Shown in pieces: positions 25,196-38,460 of a stretch of DNA of 64,000 nt. This DNA is from Podarcis melisellensis (Eukaryota). The DNA is taken from NCBI GenBank assembly GCA_964234715.1, contig OZ174288.1. The stretch is one strand, 5' to 3'. Positions within the stretch are counted from its first letter, which is position 1. Every line of letters starts with the position of its first letter. The position numbers and the translations under genes were made by a program. Below the pieces are notes generated by a model, which worked only from the letters and a program-made list of their open reading frames with translations, was not told the origin of the DNA and did not search any database.

Positions 25196-26019
25196 ATGCC
25201 ACAAGTAGTCTCTCTCTCTCTTTTTCCCCAGCAGACATCCACCTGAAAATGGGGAAATTGAAAGAAAGAACTTAATTGCCAGCTTGGCTCATATGTCCTG
25301 TTACCACTGGGCTTCTAAGTAAACAGGGAGCTTGCCAGCAGCAGCCAAAGCAGTATCCATCATCAATCCAAGCAAATGGAGTGCACAACAAAGGGTCAGG
25401 CAAGAGGCAAGGATAGAGCAGTCCATGGGTAGGTACAACATAGACAGGAGATCTGAAGACGGGCACTGAGCAGGTACACAGACATTGTTCTAGCGGCTCT
25501 TCCAACCTAGGAGTTTTTGAGTGGAGCTTTTGGAACCACACCCCAACCTCATCTGACTCCCATCAACTCCCTTCCTTCCCATAAACTCCCTCCCTTCCCG
25601 AGAGGAGGGTCTTACTCCGAAGAGGCTTTAATTACCGGTGTGATTTTTCTAGGATTAAAATAATTAACTGCATATAGTTCGCAAAGTCTGCATCTTTTGT
25701 TTACTATTGTAATCAGATTACCTACTTAAAAAGAAGTATTGAACCATGCAAGTAGTCCTAATTAACCCTGTTGTTAAATGATCAGTTTAGCTTTCACAAT
25801 TCAGACATTTTCTAATTAAGAATTGTTTAGCAATTCTTATGTGTCTCTGTCTGCATTAATTTACAACTCAGCTAATTATTTCAGGGGTATAATGATGGTC
25901 TGCACCATAAAGGTTGCCTAAGAATGTTGTTGATGTTTTTCCAGGAATGTTATGAATTAAAACTTTGACATGTATAGAAAAATACTTCAAATGTAATTCA
26001 TTGCAAGCTAGAAGCATGG

Positions 26020-26720
26020 TGACACACACCTTAATTGCATCCTGTTTGGATTACTATAACACACTCTATGTGGGGCTGCCATTGAAAAGTGCTCAGAAAG
26101 TTCAGCTGGTTCAAAGAGCCATTTAGGGAACACATGACAACTTCTCCACTGGTCACCAGTCTGTTTCCAGGCACAATTCAAAGTGCTGGCTATGACTTAG
26201 GTAAAGGTAAAGGGACCCCTGACCATTAGGTCCAGTTGTGGCCGACTCTGGGGTTGTGGTGCTCATCTCGCTTTATTGGCCAAGGGAGCCGGTGTACAGT
26301 TTCCGGGTCATGTGGCCAGGATGACTAAGCCGCTTCTGGAGAACCAGAGCAGCGCGCGGAAACCCCATTTACCTTCCCGCTGGAGCGGTACCTATTTATC
26401 TACTTGCACTTTGACGTGCTTTCGAACTGCTAGGTTGGCAGGAGCAGGGACAGAGCGATGGGAGCTCACCCCATTGTGGGGATTTGAACCTCCGATCTTC
26501 TGATCGGCAAGTCCTAGGCTCTATGGTTTAACCCACAGCACCACCTATGTCCCTGGCTATGACTTACAAAGCCCCATATGGCTTAGGTCCGGGCTGTCTG
26601 AATGAACCCATCCTGCTCTCAGTCCTACTAGGCTTTGGAATTCCCTCCCTAGAGAAGTCAGACTGGCTCCCCCCCCTTGCTGTCCTTCCATGAACAGGCC
26701 TTTGGGAACTGACTGTTTTT
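26020..26720 (+). mobile_element. L2 LINE fragment interrupted by a Sauria SINE
   Basis: LDYYNTLYVGLPLK...LHWSPVCFQAQFKVLAMT|YKAPYGLGPGCL continues across the SINE. Confidence 0.8.
26200..26552 (-). mobile_element. Sauria SINE, full length
   Basis: 14-bp TSD CTGGCTATGACTTA at 26186-26199 and 26553-26566; (ACCTTT)n tail. Confidence 0.93.
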
Positions 26721-27239
26721 GAGGGAAAACAGATTACCAGCAAGACTATTATTATGTTCTTATGTTTAAATGCCTGGAGGGAAGCCTGGGTCATTTCTGG
26801 CTGCCCCACTGGGGCTGCTGGTGTGGGTGCACAGTGGTGTCCTTTTGTGCTTTGCCTGCTGTGGTGCAGGAGGTGTACTGGGGAGAGAGCATCTCCATTA
26901 TATATTCATTGACTCTATCTGTGTGGGTGGCCTGTGGATGTCCCTCCCAGTACAGAGACTGGCTGGTGGGCTGTGGCGGTATTGCCAGGAGAGCTGCCAT
27001 TTTTCTCCTGTCTTTATATTTTTTGCTGTGTGAAGTTTTTTCCTCCCCTCCACACTGAGCACTCACTGGATATGGCAGGGATTCGCTTGGAACAGCGGCA
27101 GTGTCTCTCCAGTCCTGGTGTAATGCGAGTTTTCTCTGTCAATTCCCTTATCAGAGGATTTAGCACAACTAGTGCCTACACTCGAAACTGGTTTCCTCTA
27201 TCATACCCTATGAGAATAATTATATTCTAGGATGATATA

Positions 27240-27481
27240 CAGTGGTACCTCAGGTTAAGAACTCAATTTGTTCTGGAGGTCCATTCTTAACCTGAAACTG
27301 TTCTTAACCTGAGGTACCACTTTAGCTAATGGGGTCTCCTGCTGCCATCGCGCCGCTACCGCGTGATTTCTGTTGTCATCCTGAAGCAAAGTTCTTAACC
27401 CAAGGTACTATTTCTGGGTTAGCAGAGTCTGTAACCTGAAGTGTCTGTAACCTGAAGCATCTGTAACCCGAGGTACCACTG
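27240..27481. mobile_element. Tc1/mariner-type MITE
   Basis: TIRs CAGTGGTACCTCAGGTTA / TAACCCGAGGTACCACTG with TA on both sides. Confidence 0.92.
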
Positions 27482-27483
27482 TA

Positions 27484-27861
27484 CTGTCTTGGCCTGATTA
27501 TAAGCCTCACTTTTCTTCCAAATTCTGACTGTGAAAATATAAATTATGCCTTGTATTCGTGACCTTACAGTATGCAGCCAGTAGCATGGGGCAAACAGCG
27601 CCAGGAGTGGGGCAAAGTGGCGCCTGCGCCACAAATAATTCTCCATCCTCTCCCCCAAGGCTGGGAAGGGAGAGAGCGAGGAAAGGGAAAGGCCGCCAGC
27701 AACACAGCATAGCTCCCCCCCCCACCCCCGGAATGCAGCCAGGAGCAGTGAGGAATTGAGTGGCTTATATTCGGATATTTTTTTCATTTTTTTCTCCCCA
27801 CCCTTCCAATTTTAAAGGTGTAGCTTATATTCAGGTGCAGCTTATATTCAGGCCAATACGG
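27484..27861. mobile_element. Tigger/pogo-like non-autonomous element with a GC-rich core
   Basis: TIRs CTGTCTTGGCCTGATTATAAGC / GCTTATATTCAGGCCAATACGG, TA flanks, subterminal GCTTATATTC repeats. Confidence 0.8.
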
Positions 27862-28774
27862 TATGATTCCAAAAGTGCTTTTCTAACAAAATGAGCATGC
27901 AACATGTAGCTGTAATGCTCAAAGTATTTATGTGGGTGTTACTGCTTTATATAATATGCTGCATTATGTTAAATTACATTATGTACATACTATGTAATGC
28001 TTAAGTGAGATTAACATTCACACTTCAGAATGGAGGTGGGGAAGAATTGGGCAATTTGACAGTTCCCTCAAGATGTCTTAGAACATGTAGCGCTGTTGTA
28101 CGGCCCCCAGCGATAGAAGGGTGGGACAGAAATTCTATATAATTGTATATAAATAAATAAAGAATAAACGAATATGGCTAAGATAGCCCCACTATTAGTT
28201 TCTGCACAAATCCAATATTGGTTAAACCTTAAATATTTTACAGTCCCATTAGCTTTTTTAACCAGTCTGTGTTACATGATATCTGCAGAACAGGAATTAA
28301 ATAATGACTAGCTAGAAGAGTGGGTGGCTGCTTGACCAATTCATACAGCATTATACATTATTATTCTTGATGCTAATATTAAACTGCAGGAAAAATAAAT
28401 TCAGCACATTTTCCCTCATGATACCTATCTTCTCCATTTAATCACTTCCTTGTAAATGGTCATGTCTAATAAAGAATTCCATTCACCCACTTCATCTTCC
28501 TGCCATTTATCAAATGACAGCCACTGTTGCTGACCTTCCAGTTAAGTGCCCCGAGGAACAATAATCAAAGTCTCAGACAGAGACGTGTAGAGTATAAACA
28601 AACAGTGAAACTTCATCTTACTTGTGATATTTCTACTTGTCTTCTCCACAGGCAGATGATGATATGGAACTGGTGGATAAAATTTTCCACTAACAGAAGA
28701 AGTTAACTGAAGATGCCTCAATTCCATGGGAAGCACTCTCCATATTCTCCTCCAGTAATACCAGATCTTGGGAC

Positions 28775-29053
28775 CAGAGCCATCTTTCCCATAGGGGTTA
28801 GTGGTTCATTGTGCCAGGGCCTCGGCCTCTCAAGGGCGCCCAGCGAATGGGGAGCTGTGTGGCTTTGCCAGCGGCCTCCCCTTTCCCTGCATGCCCACCA
28901 GCTGTGCCCCGTCAACCATATGGCTGGCCGGCACACAGCTTCCCTCCCAAGCCTCTGCAGCAGGGCACAGCTCGCCCCCCACTATCCGTGGTAACTTGGG
29001 GGCACTGGGAGGATATTTGCACCCCGGCACCGCATCTGCCAAAGACAGCCCTG
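28775..29053. mobile_element. GC-rich hAT MITE
   Basis: TIRs CAGAGCCATCTTT / AAAGACAGCCCTG; TSD CTTGGGAC / CTTGGGAT. Confidence 0.8.
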
Positions 29054-31024
29054 CTTGGGATATAATTTCTAAATTTACTAACTTACTGATACAAATTAAG
29101 TTTTTTTAAAAAAAAAATCCAGTTTCAAAGTTCTCCAATATAGAAAGAAGAACCTTCAGTCAAAAGGCTTAGATGGTGCCTAGAAGGCTGGGCACCTTTG
29201 CAAGCGAGGCACAGTGGGAAAATCCTTGGCACCAATGGGTGCATTCCTAAGGTGTTCTGGGGGGGGGGCAGGGCTTGGACCCTCTAAAAGGGACAATCTG
29301 CTTTCCTTCCAACCTCTGAGTTTGCAGCAGCTTTCACTCTCCCTCCCTGTCACCCTATTGCTTCAGGGTCACCACTAGGGGGGCCATGTAGGATTTTTCC
29401 CCAATCCTCATTTTGGATTGCAAAAATGCAGATTGGGAAAATTTACCTACTTCATACTCAATAGCAGGACAGAGTGTTTGTTGGTTTGCTGTGTTGTTTA
29501 AATAGGTTATTCATCTTGATTTGGTCACTTTTGGCAGTTTAGGTACAGGAAAAGAAAGTTTGGTTTAGCCTAGTGATGCCCTGTAGGCACCTTTCAGGTT
29601 ATGGGTCAGCCCCGAGACTCACTTCTTGGACTTTGTGGTTCAGAGGGTGAGATTGGGGCCTCCTTTGAGGCCAAACTCCCTCATCCACCTGGGTTCTGAG
29701 GTTCAATGGGTGTGCGTGACAAGGTAAGGCCTCCCTTCTCACCTTCAGGTGACTGAGAGGAATAGTTTAGATTGAGGAAACAACACAGGGAAAGGGAGTT
29801 TAATACCACTGCTCCAGTCCAACCAGTTTGGGCTGATTTTAAGCTAAGATCCTGCTAGTCTCCATAATGTGAAGTTTGGTCCTGAGTTATAAAGAAACAA
29901 GGCAGGAGAGGGCGGGGGACAGCTCCAACACTGGTTGGACTGAAATAATTCAGAATATGAAGATTATCTTGCAAATGCCCTCCATCTGCAAAATAATCTG
30001 AGCCTTGAACAGTATAAACCCCAACTACCCAGTACAGCCTTCAGCAACCGCTCTCTGAAAAGTTGGCTTATCTAGCTAATGAGCTTTTCAGCAGAAGTAG
30101 ATATAAATGTTTTTGGCCTAATCAACCAAAAAGGTTGGCCTAAACAGCCCTGCCTAGTCATGCTTAAGTGGGAAAATGAAATGGAGAAAAACCAGAGGAG
30201 GAAGGGAAGACAATTTACTTTGTGAGTCACCTTGAATGCCCCTTGAATGAGCAGAAAGCTGAAACAGAAATACTGATATAGGATTTTTTGCTAGAAAATC
30301 TTAAAGGAAATCTAACAACTGAATCACAGTTTAGAATATGTACACTAATTTATATCTACAGTCATGTTTTTCAGAGTTCAGATGGAAACTTTTTTAAGTT
30401 TGGAGAGAATATTGGCTATAAAAAACCCCAAAGCACTGGCTGATTATGAGATCAGACTCATTTTACAAGGCACATGTCTTGGCATCTATAATTGAGAAAA
30501 TCAACACTAATGCCCAAGTAAAAGTCAAGTATTTAATCAGAGGTCAAGCTTGGCAGTTTCTACAATCAGAGGTTTGGATTTGTCAGCCCTGAATGAGTTG
30601 GCTCATGCAGTCTTACTGGAGTAGTTGACTGTCAACCAACCCATTAATTTCCAGTTGAATTTAATTTCTGCTGAATTTAAACCTGACCTCTCTTTTGGGT
30701 GCTTTGTATGTGCATTTTTAGCAGCTTCCTAACCTCTTCACATTAAAGGGCGGCTTATCCTTGGTGGTCTTTAGCTTGCCAAACTATAGGTATAACAACT
30801 GTCTGCATTGTCAACTGATATATTTGGAAGATGGAATTAATGTCCAGGTAAGCACTCACCTCATACTAAGCATGCTCTGTGAGATGAAATGGCGACAACT
30901 TTATTCCTTTCTGAGACAACAGAACTGGCCTGAGCTAATGGTCAGGAAAATGACTATGACATTCTAATCTGCAAAAATGAGCAAAAATTAGGAAATTTTT
31001 GAAATAAATGCCATTCATACATAC

Positions 31025-31131
31025 ATGCCACTTGAACTTCTGATTTTCTTTGCAGGAGTGCCCCCATTCTGTTCCTCACAACACACTGATAAAAACCAGC
31101 ATCAGATCTTTGCAAGGATGGGATAACGTAC
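31025..31131 (-). CDS. SDK1: Sidekick-1 coding exon 3 (107 bp)
   Basis: Not in the ORF track; read by hand as (T)[35 protein letters not shown]. Acceptor gtcttacag|G, donor T|gtatgt. Phases 2/1 fit exons 2 and 4. Confidence 0.95.
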
Positions 31132-32754
31132 CTGTAAGACAGAAAGGGATATCACAATTAAAACATGTACTTGGACTTTGATATCTGTTCTCAAAAACAG
31201 GTTGAGCCCCAGGCAGCAGGAACCACAGGGGCAACAGATCCCAGTGTAGCTCTTTATTTGCCTCCCTTGTTCCTGATGTAGATCTTCACTCACTCTGTCC
31301 ATGATTTATCAGTCCTCAATTCTTCCCCCCCCCCTTTTTTGCATGATTCTACAACATGCTGTACGAAAAAGTATATGTGAAAATCTGAGATGAATTACAT
31401 CACACTTCCTCTTAAAGAACCATTAATAAATAGATTGAATTCCATACTAGCGTTATAGAGACATATCTGAGCATCCTCTAGCACTCAAATATTCCTCCAT
31501 CTTCAAGGCAGGAAAGCAAATTTCTTGTCCAGTTATGACAAGAAGCCAAACAGAAATCTAAGTGATGATATTGGGGAAGATGTTCAGCAACATAAAACCC
31601 CCACTTTTGAAGTCTCTTTTTAAAAAAGTGTATAGCACAATCAACTGAACTGAAAGTACTGAAAAAAGATAACGGATGATTAAGAAAAAATGATCACAAT
31701 GAGTCCTGCCTTCCTTTTCTCAGTAGGCTTCCACAAACACACATCCTGCCAGTTCTGCTTTCCTCTACCCCATCTGCATTTCATCCTTTCTGTAAGACGC
31801 AGAGAGCTGAAGGCAGTTCTCTAGAGCCATCATTGCCAGGACAGGTATTTAATTTTTTGCATCTTGCCATGATTTCTGGTTAAACCAATTTTCATGGTTT
31901 CTTATGACACTTCAATCTGTACCCTGCAAAACTCAAAATCAGAAGAGCACATAAATCTACTATAGCAGTGCATTTCAGTGAGATTGTCACAAGCCCAGAT
32001 GATGAGTAACAAGCCCAAAGCAATCAAATATTATATAATGGTGGTTCCTCTGCAAGCACCCCTTTTTAGCTTGAACTCTTTTTTTCTTTTTTTCTTTTTT
32101 GGAAGCCCGCATCCTGATTATTGTAATATTACACTCAGTTAATTGAGAAAATACATAATGACAAAAATCTATTACAAACTCGGTAATGTTTTAAATTAAT
32201 TTGCAAATGCGCCAAAATAAAATAATGCAGCAAAAATTCATTTCTTTATTTCCCCAAAGTATTCACCAATGAACAACTCAATTAATTAATTCAAAAGTTA
32301 TGAAAGTTAATACATTTACATTTATAAATAAATATATTTATTTATTTATGTAAATTTATTTATCTTTTATGAATTTATTTCTTTCCCTAATACAGACAAT
32401 ACAGAGCTAGTTGCACCAATGGTCTGACTCTGTATAAGGCAGATTCCTCAGTTTATACATTATGTTTTAGAGTATATCTCTATAGTCTTTTAAAAGTATT
32501 CAAATAAGTTCTTATACATTCTCAGTAACCCTAACAACAACTAAGTTTAGATGTAGCAATAGTAGCAGCACCTAAGACTAAAACAGTTCACCCAATACAC
32601 CTTAGTATTTGGCTCGTGAAAACATTTCCTGTTTTAATAAATCACATACATTCTGCTCCTGGAAAGCTCAAAGTGTCTTTCACAGAGATCTCAGGCAGAT
32701 CTTCCATTCAGACATTGGACATGCTGCGTGCTGCTTAGCTATAACAACAGGCGG

Positions 32755-33072
32755 ATAGCACTGTGGTCTAAAGCACTGAGCCTCTCAGGCTTGCCAATCG
32801 GAAGGTTGGTGGTTCGAATCACTGCAATGGGGTGAGCTCCTGTTACTCTGTCCCAGCTTCTGCCAACCTAGCAGTTCAAAAGCACACCAGTGCAAGTAGA
32901 TAAATAGGGACCGTTGTGGCTTGTGCCATAAGCGGTTTAGTCATGCTGGCGCCATGACCTGGAAAGCTGTCTGTGGACAAACAGCAGCTCCCTTGGCCTG
33001 AAAGCAAGATGTGCGCCGCAACCCCATAGTCGCCCTTGACTGGACTTAACCATCCAGGGGCCTTTACCCTTT
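32755..33072 (+). mobile_element. Sauria SINE
   Basis: GGTTCGAATC B-box, family core and CCTTTACC tail. Confidence 0.88.
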
Positions 33073-33139
33073 TAGCTTATTACAACATAGCATAGCATAG
33101 TAATAGTAGTAGTAGTAGTAGTAGTAGTAGTGTAACTGA

Positions 33140-34505
33140 TTTATTAAACACCTTTTAAACTACCATCTTGATGTGATTTACACATAAAATAATTAAAAAC
33201 AGAATGAGAACCCTCTTTCATGGTAAAGGACTCTCATGGTAAAGACCCATTTACCCATCTGGGAAAGCCCACTGGAACAAAAATGTCTTCAACAGTTTCT
33301 GAAAAGTGTAGATAGTGGGCACCTGTCATTTCTCGACAGGGATGCTATTCCACAGGACAGGAGCAGCCACATTAAAAACCCTGCTCTGATTTACTGCAGA
33401 GTAGGCTTCTGTGGTCTTTGGAACTTGCAGGAGAGAATCTCCCACAGACATCTACTGGGTATAGAAGGAATAAGGCAGTCTGTCAAGTAATGTGGTCACA
33501 AGCTATGTAGGTACTTATATGTCAGTACCAACACCCTGAACATGGCCCGGTAGCAAATTAGCAGCCAGTGCAAATACCACAAGCAAGGTGTTATATGCTT
33601 GTGGACATTAACCCCCACAAACAACCTAGCCACCACATTCTCCACCAGCTGCAGCCTGCAGATCAACCCCAAGGGAAGTCTCACTTAGAGTGCATTGCAG
33701 TAATCAAAGTGTGACATTACCCATGCATAGATAGCTGGGGTCAAGCTATCTGGTTCCAAGAATGGCTGCAGATATCATAGCAATCAAAGTTGGTAAAAGT
33801 CACTCCTAGCCACTGAGGACACCTGTACCTAGAGTAACAGGGTTGAATCTAGGAGCACATCCAAATTATGCACCTGCTCTTTCAACTCCATCCAGGGCAG
33901 GCAACTTACCAACTTCCCAGATCCAGGAACTACTTGCTCACAGAGCCTCCTTCTTGACAGGATTCAGTTTCAGACTCAGTTTATTAGTTCTCATCCAGCC
34001 CATCACTGCATCCAGACACCGGCCCAGGGCTTCTCATTCCTGATTCAGATGTTACCAAGAAATAGAGTTGGGTATCATCAGTATACTGATGACACCTTGG
34101 TCCCAAACTCCCAGTGACTACTCCTACCAGATTCATGTAGATATTAAATAGCATTGGAGGCAATATAGTCCCTGTAGCAGCCCATAGCTCAAAAGCCAAG
34201 AAGCTGAGGAGCATCCAATGCTACCTTCTGAAAGCCTCTCTGGAGTTAAGACTGGAACCACTGCCTCTGATACTCATTTCCCATAGGCAATCCAAGAGGA
34301 TACAATGGTCAAAAATGGCATCAAAAGCTGATAAAGGTCATCCATCAGGGCTACCAAGCCAGGTTCAAATCTGAACCCAAATGGAGATGGGTCTAAAAAT
34401 TCAGTTTCCTTGAGGAATGCCTGCAGTTGCATCTCCATGACCCTTTCGAGTGCCTTGCCCACAAAGTGGATATTTGCAACTGGACAGTAGTTGTTGAATA
34501 TCATT
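33140..34505 (-). mobile_element. L2 LINE, degenerate RT region to 3' end
   Basis: NNYCPVANIHFVGKALE...LFNIYM...HQYTDDTQLYF...LQLVENVVARL...LHWLLI across frameshifts. Confidence 0.88.
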
Positions 34506-35965
34506 AGGTCTCAGAGCATTCTCTTGGTCTAAGCTCTTGCCATTGTTGCATAGTATCTTTGAAACTTGCATAAAAGGGTGTACCAGGTATTCAATGCTAA
34601 ATTTATCCTCAAATGTTAAGAGTGTTTCCCAATAATAGTTTTCTAGTGATTTTGCATGCAAGAGAGAAAAAGGCATTTCCATTGTCTGAAAGCCAGAAGG
34701 GCACTTAAAGTTTCTGCAGATCTGAGCAAGCAATTTAGGAAAATGGACAATTTGTTTTGAGTGGAGCAGCCTGGAAGAGGCTTGCTGCTTAAGAAAATCT
34801 AAGACAGAAGATGGATAGTACATCAATAAGTGAAAATATCAATGAAAACACTGGAAATGATTCCTAGCGTTTTTTTTCCTTTCTGTTCCAGAGCTCAATG
34901 GCTAGAAGAGGGCTGTCATGTCTTAAGTGCCCAAATTCAAAATCTGGCTTCCCAAAGACTGGAATGCATTTTTTTAGTTTTCGACGGCACCTTCAATAGG
35001 GATTAAAACTTTTTTTTAAAAAAAAAAGAACATATGGAACTGACTTGTGTCTGCTGGTCTATATATACATAATTTTATTTGTAAAACACCTTTCCACTGT
35101 TAAAACCAAGCGAAAGGTGGCTTACGACACGAAAAGCGTAACAGCCACATAACAAAAGTAGTCATAAGTAATAAATAAAACATCAAAAATACACAACCAA
35201 ACGGAACAATTTCCACATAAATCACAAGATCTGAAAGAAAACTCCAAAAACCCAACAACAACAACAACAACAACACCCCCCACTTACACACATACACAAC
35301 AAAAACTGAAACAACACCCCAGGCCAAGAGTTTGCTTGGGGCTTGCTGCGTGCCTGTGATCATACCGCTCTTGGTTCTTGTCATGCTAGCTTGGTTTGTG
35401 GCAATTTTTAGTTCACTTTAGGTTCAGCCTATAGCAGGTATATCAACAGTGAACTAGGCTCTGCTGTCAAGCTTTAGTCTGCTGAGCCCAAAACATTGAG
35501 CTGCAAGCCTGAAAATGCCATGACTGATGTCAACTCTAACGTAAACCATCTCCTCCCAAGGCAGACAAGAATGGCATAGAGAAGAATGGCGTGCTTTTTA
35601 AGGTTGTTTCTGTATTGCATATTCTGTAATATTATATGCATTTGTTTTAATGTTGTTAATGTCCCCTCCATAAAATAAATAGTTTTGCTTTGCTGTTCCC
35701 ACCCGCCATTTGAAATTCTGCATATTATTTACATTTCCCCCTCCAGTCCCTCTTTGCCTCAGCCAGCCATTTCACCACAGGATCCTTTTTTTGCCTGCAG
35801 GGGACAGACACCTAAACAAATAACATTATTCCCCCACACACACCTTAGCCTTTTCCTCTTTGACAGGATTACCTAAAGTACCAACCCCACCCATCCTTAA
35901 TCTTTTAACTGTTGTTATATGTGTCTGAGTTCTCCAGACAATATTTTATTTTACAATAAAATAGT

Positions 35966-36025
35966 ATCATAGAATTGTAGAGTTGGAAGGGACCCCCAGG
36001 GTCATCTAGTCCAATCCTCTGAAAT
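35966..36025 (-). mobile_element. CR1 3' terminal fragment
   Basis: TCATAGAATTGTAGAGTTGGAAGGGACCCCCAGGGTCATCTAGTCCAA. Confidence 0.8.
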
Positions 36026-37399
36026 GTGGGGTGGGGTTGTGTTGTGTTTTACTATAATTTAAAAATACTAATAATTTTTACTAAATTTTCTAAAATAAAA
36101 TTAGTATTTTAGTAAAATTAGTATTACTGTATTTGGAAGACAAACAAGAGTCTAAACAAAGCTACATGACCAGCACTATAAGACTTTTCAACTGAATTTA
36201 ATGTTTAGTTTACCTTACCATGATATACTGGGAAAGAAAGCCAAGGGACAGTTAGAATCATCTGGCCACCATCTCATTTTATTTACAAAATAAAATGAAA
36301 TATACTGTTGTAGTAGAAATGCGAAAAATAAGCATTTAATTATTCTTAGCTTTCCTTGAAAAAATACCCGCTGCCTAAAAGCAAAGTGTATTTAATTAGT
36401 AAGTGAATATATTCTGAAGAAGATGTTGAACATTTAGACTAATACAAAACATTTATAATTCAGCATAAGATTAAGTCTCTGAATGGGTAATAGATGGGGG
36501 GTAATGGAAGAAAAGAGTGTGCATTGCTGTAAAACAAATAAACGCATGACATCACCTTCCCATAAGAAATAAAAGACTATTTCCTAACTTTTCTGCTTTG
36601 GGCAATGCATGTTGCTGATTGCTGACAGGAGTAGAGAGAATCTGCCTTTTTTTAAAAAAAAAAACGGGGCTTGTGTATGTCTGTTGCATAATGCCAATGG
36701 AGGGCACAGGGTCACCACCTAAATATAAAAGACAGAGTGCACAGACAGTTCCAATGCACAAAAACAATGGCAGAGTGCCAAGCAGAGTTATGAGTTTAAG
36801 CACAGAGATCGAGAACAGTGGGGAGTAAGAAGTTTGGGGTGAAAAGTTTATCATAAGATTGGTATTGAAGACTGCTCATGAGCTCTGCACAAGCATGCAA
36901 GCTTTGAAGGAGACAGCTCTTCAGCTGGCTTTTAATGAACTTTCCCACCATCCCTACTTTTGACAATCAGTTGGCATTTTTTAAAAAGAGAAACTACAAG
37001 CTTAGTAATTTCCAGTCCTGCAAAGTTAATTTAGAAACTGAAGTAGTTCAGCCAAATGAACTTTTTAGTCTATAAAATGTTCATCCTCGGCATTCAGTGT
37101 TATAAACTGCTGTGCTGAGGTATAGGGCCCAATAACAAATCAGGAGCCACATAAAAACTATCATCAGGTGAAGCTTTCCCCTTTCCCCATAATTATATTT
37201 CCATTAAAATATACAGTCTTACCCAGTTTAATTTGTGCCAGTCACACAGCTACTAAAGGCACAAGGTATCATTCACTTTGTTCCTGTTCTTCATGCTGCA
37301 AGCTGCTCCCCTTAGAATAGAGGGGAGGGAAGATGCAGACAATGCTTCACATTCCTTCCTCAGTCCTGCCTTTTCAATGCTTGCAGCAAACTTTCCAAA

Positions 37400-37572
37400 T
37401 ATTTAGAGTGTCAGACTAAGACCTGGGAACCCTAGGTTTCAACCCCCACTTGGCTAGTCACTACTTCCCAGCCTAATCAGGGTTGTTGTGGGAATTAAAT
37501 AGGATGGGGAGAACCATGTTTGCCACCTTGAGCTCCCTGGAGAATAAGATGGGATATAAACGCAACAAATAA
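37400..37572 (+). mobile_element. Old tRNA-derived SINE (Squam3/MIR-like)
   Basis: tRNA-like head, CAGGGTTGTTGTG core and ACCTTGAGCTCC...GGGATATAAA end. Confidence 0.6.
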
Positions 37573-37959
37573 CATTTCAGCTATGAAAAGTGCTTATGCA
37601 ACTATTTTCTAACTTGCACTCTGCCTTATATCAAAGGAATGCTATGACTAAAGAAACAGAAATATTCAAATTCATGACCCAGTTAGAACTCACACAGTTA
37701 GGTGCAGATCAAGGGGGCATTCCTTGCAGCACCCCTGAGAAGAGAGGAAATAAACAGAATAATGAAGCAAATGAGTATTGTTAAGGTGCCAGGCCCAGAC
37801 AGATTTTCTGTGGAGTGATCCAAGTCTCATCTTGACTTATTAACCCCCAAACTGCATTCCGTTTACTAGGAAGCTTCGGAAAGATCCTCACTCTCCCATC
37901 CTTCTCTGTACGCAACACAAATTCCAAATTCTGTAATTCCAAAACCTGGCAAACACCCA

Positions 37960-38460
37960 AACTCTGAGTTAAATCTCACTAATCAACACTGACAGCAAAA
38001 TCCTTGTAGCAGCTCTAGTGGATAGGCTTCAGGAAGTGATGAGCATCCTAATCCACCCAAACCAGGTTGGATTTATATGACACCATCAAAGGGTAGATAA
38101 GCTCCATCTTGTAATTGATCTAGTAGCACTCAACAGTACCAGCACATTGCCATTAGACTTGCTGTCCTTGGATGCTGAAAATGAATTTGATTTGGTGCAG
38201 TGGCTCTTTTTATTTACCCTAGGGCACTGGCTCTGTGGTATACCCCAAGAACGTGTGCACTGGGTGAAAACCATGTACATAACACCTATGTCCAGGATAC
38301 AGGCAAATGGCACATTGTCAGGTTCGCCCCCCCTCCCCGTGCAGAGGGTAACCAGACAGGGATCCCCCCTTTTCCCACTGATATTTCATCTTTTTCTAGA
38401 GCCCTTAATATTTGCCTTACAGCAAAATACCAATATCTGGGGTTCGCAATATGGGGAGAT
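37960..38460 (+). mobile_element. L1/Tx1-clade RT fragment (old)
   Basis: LINTDSKIL...IHPNQVGFI...LLSLDAENEFD...RVTRQGSPLFPLIF. Confidence 0.8.

Noticed and set aside
26760-27230. Cluster of overlapping 87-98 aa ORFs
   Set aside because: No recognisable domain or convincing splice sites; more likely a decayed TE segment.
36055-36130. AT-rich imperfect palindrome
   Set aside because: Low complexity, with no TSD or defined termini.
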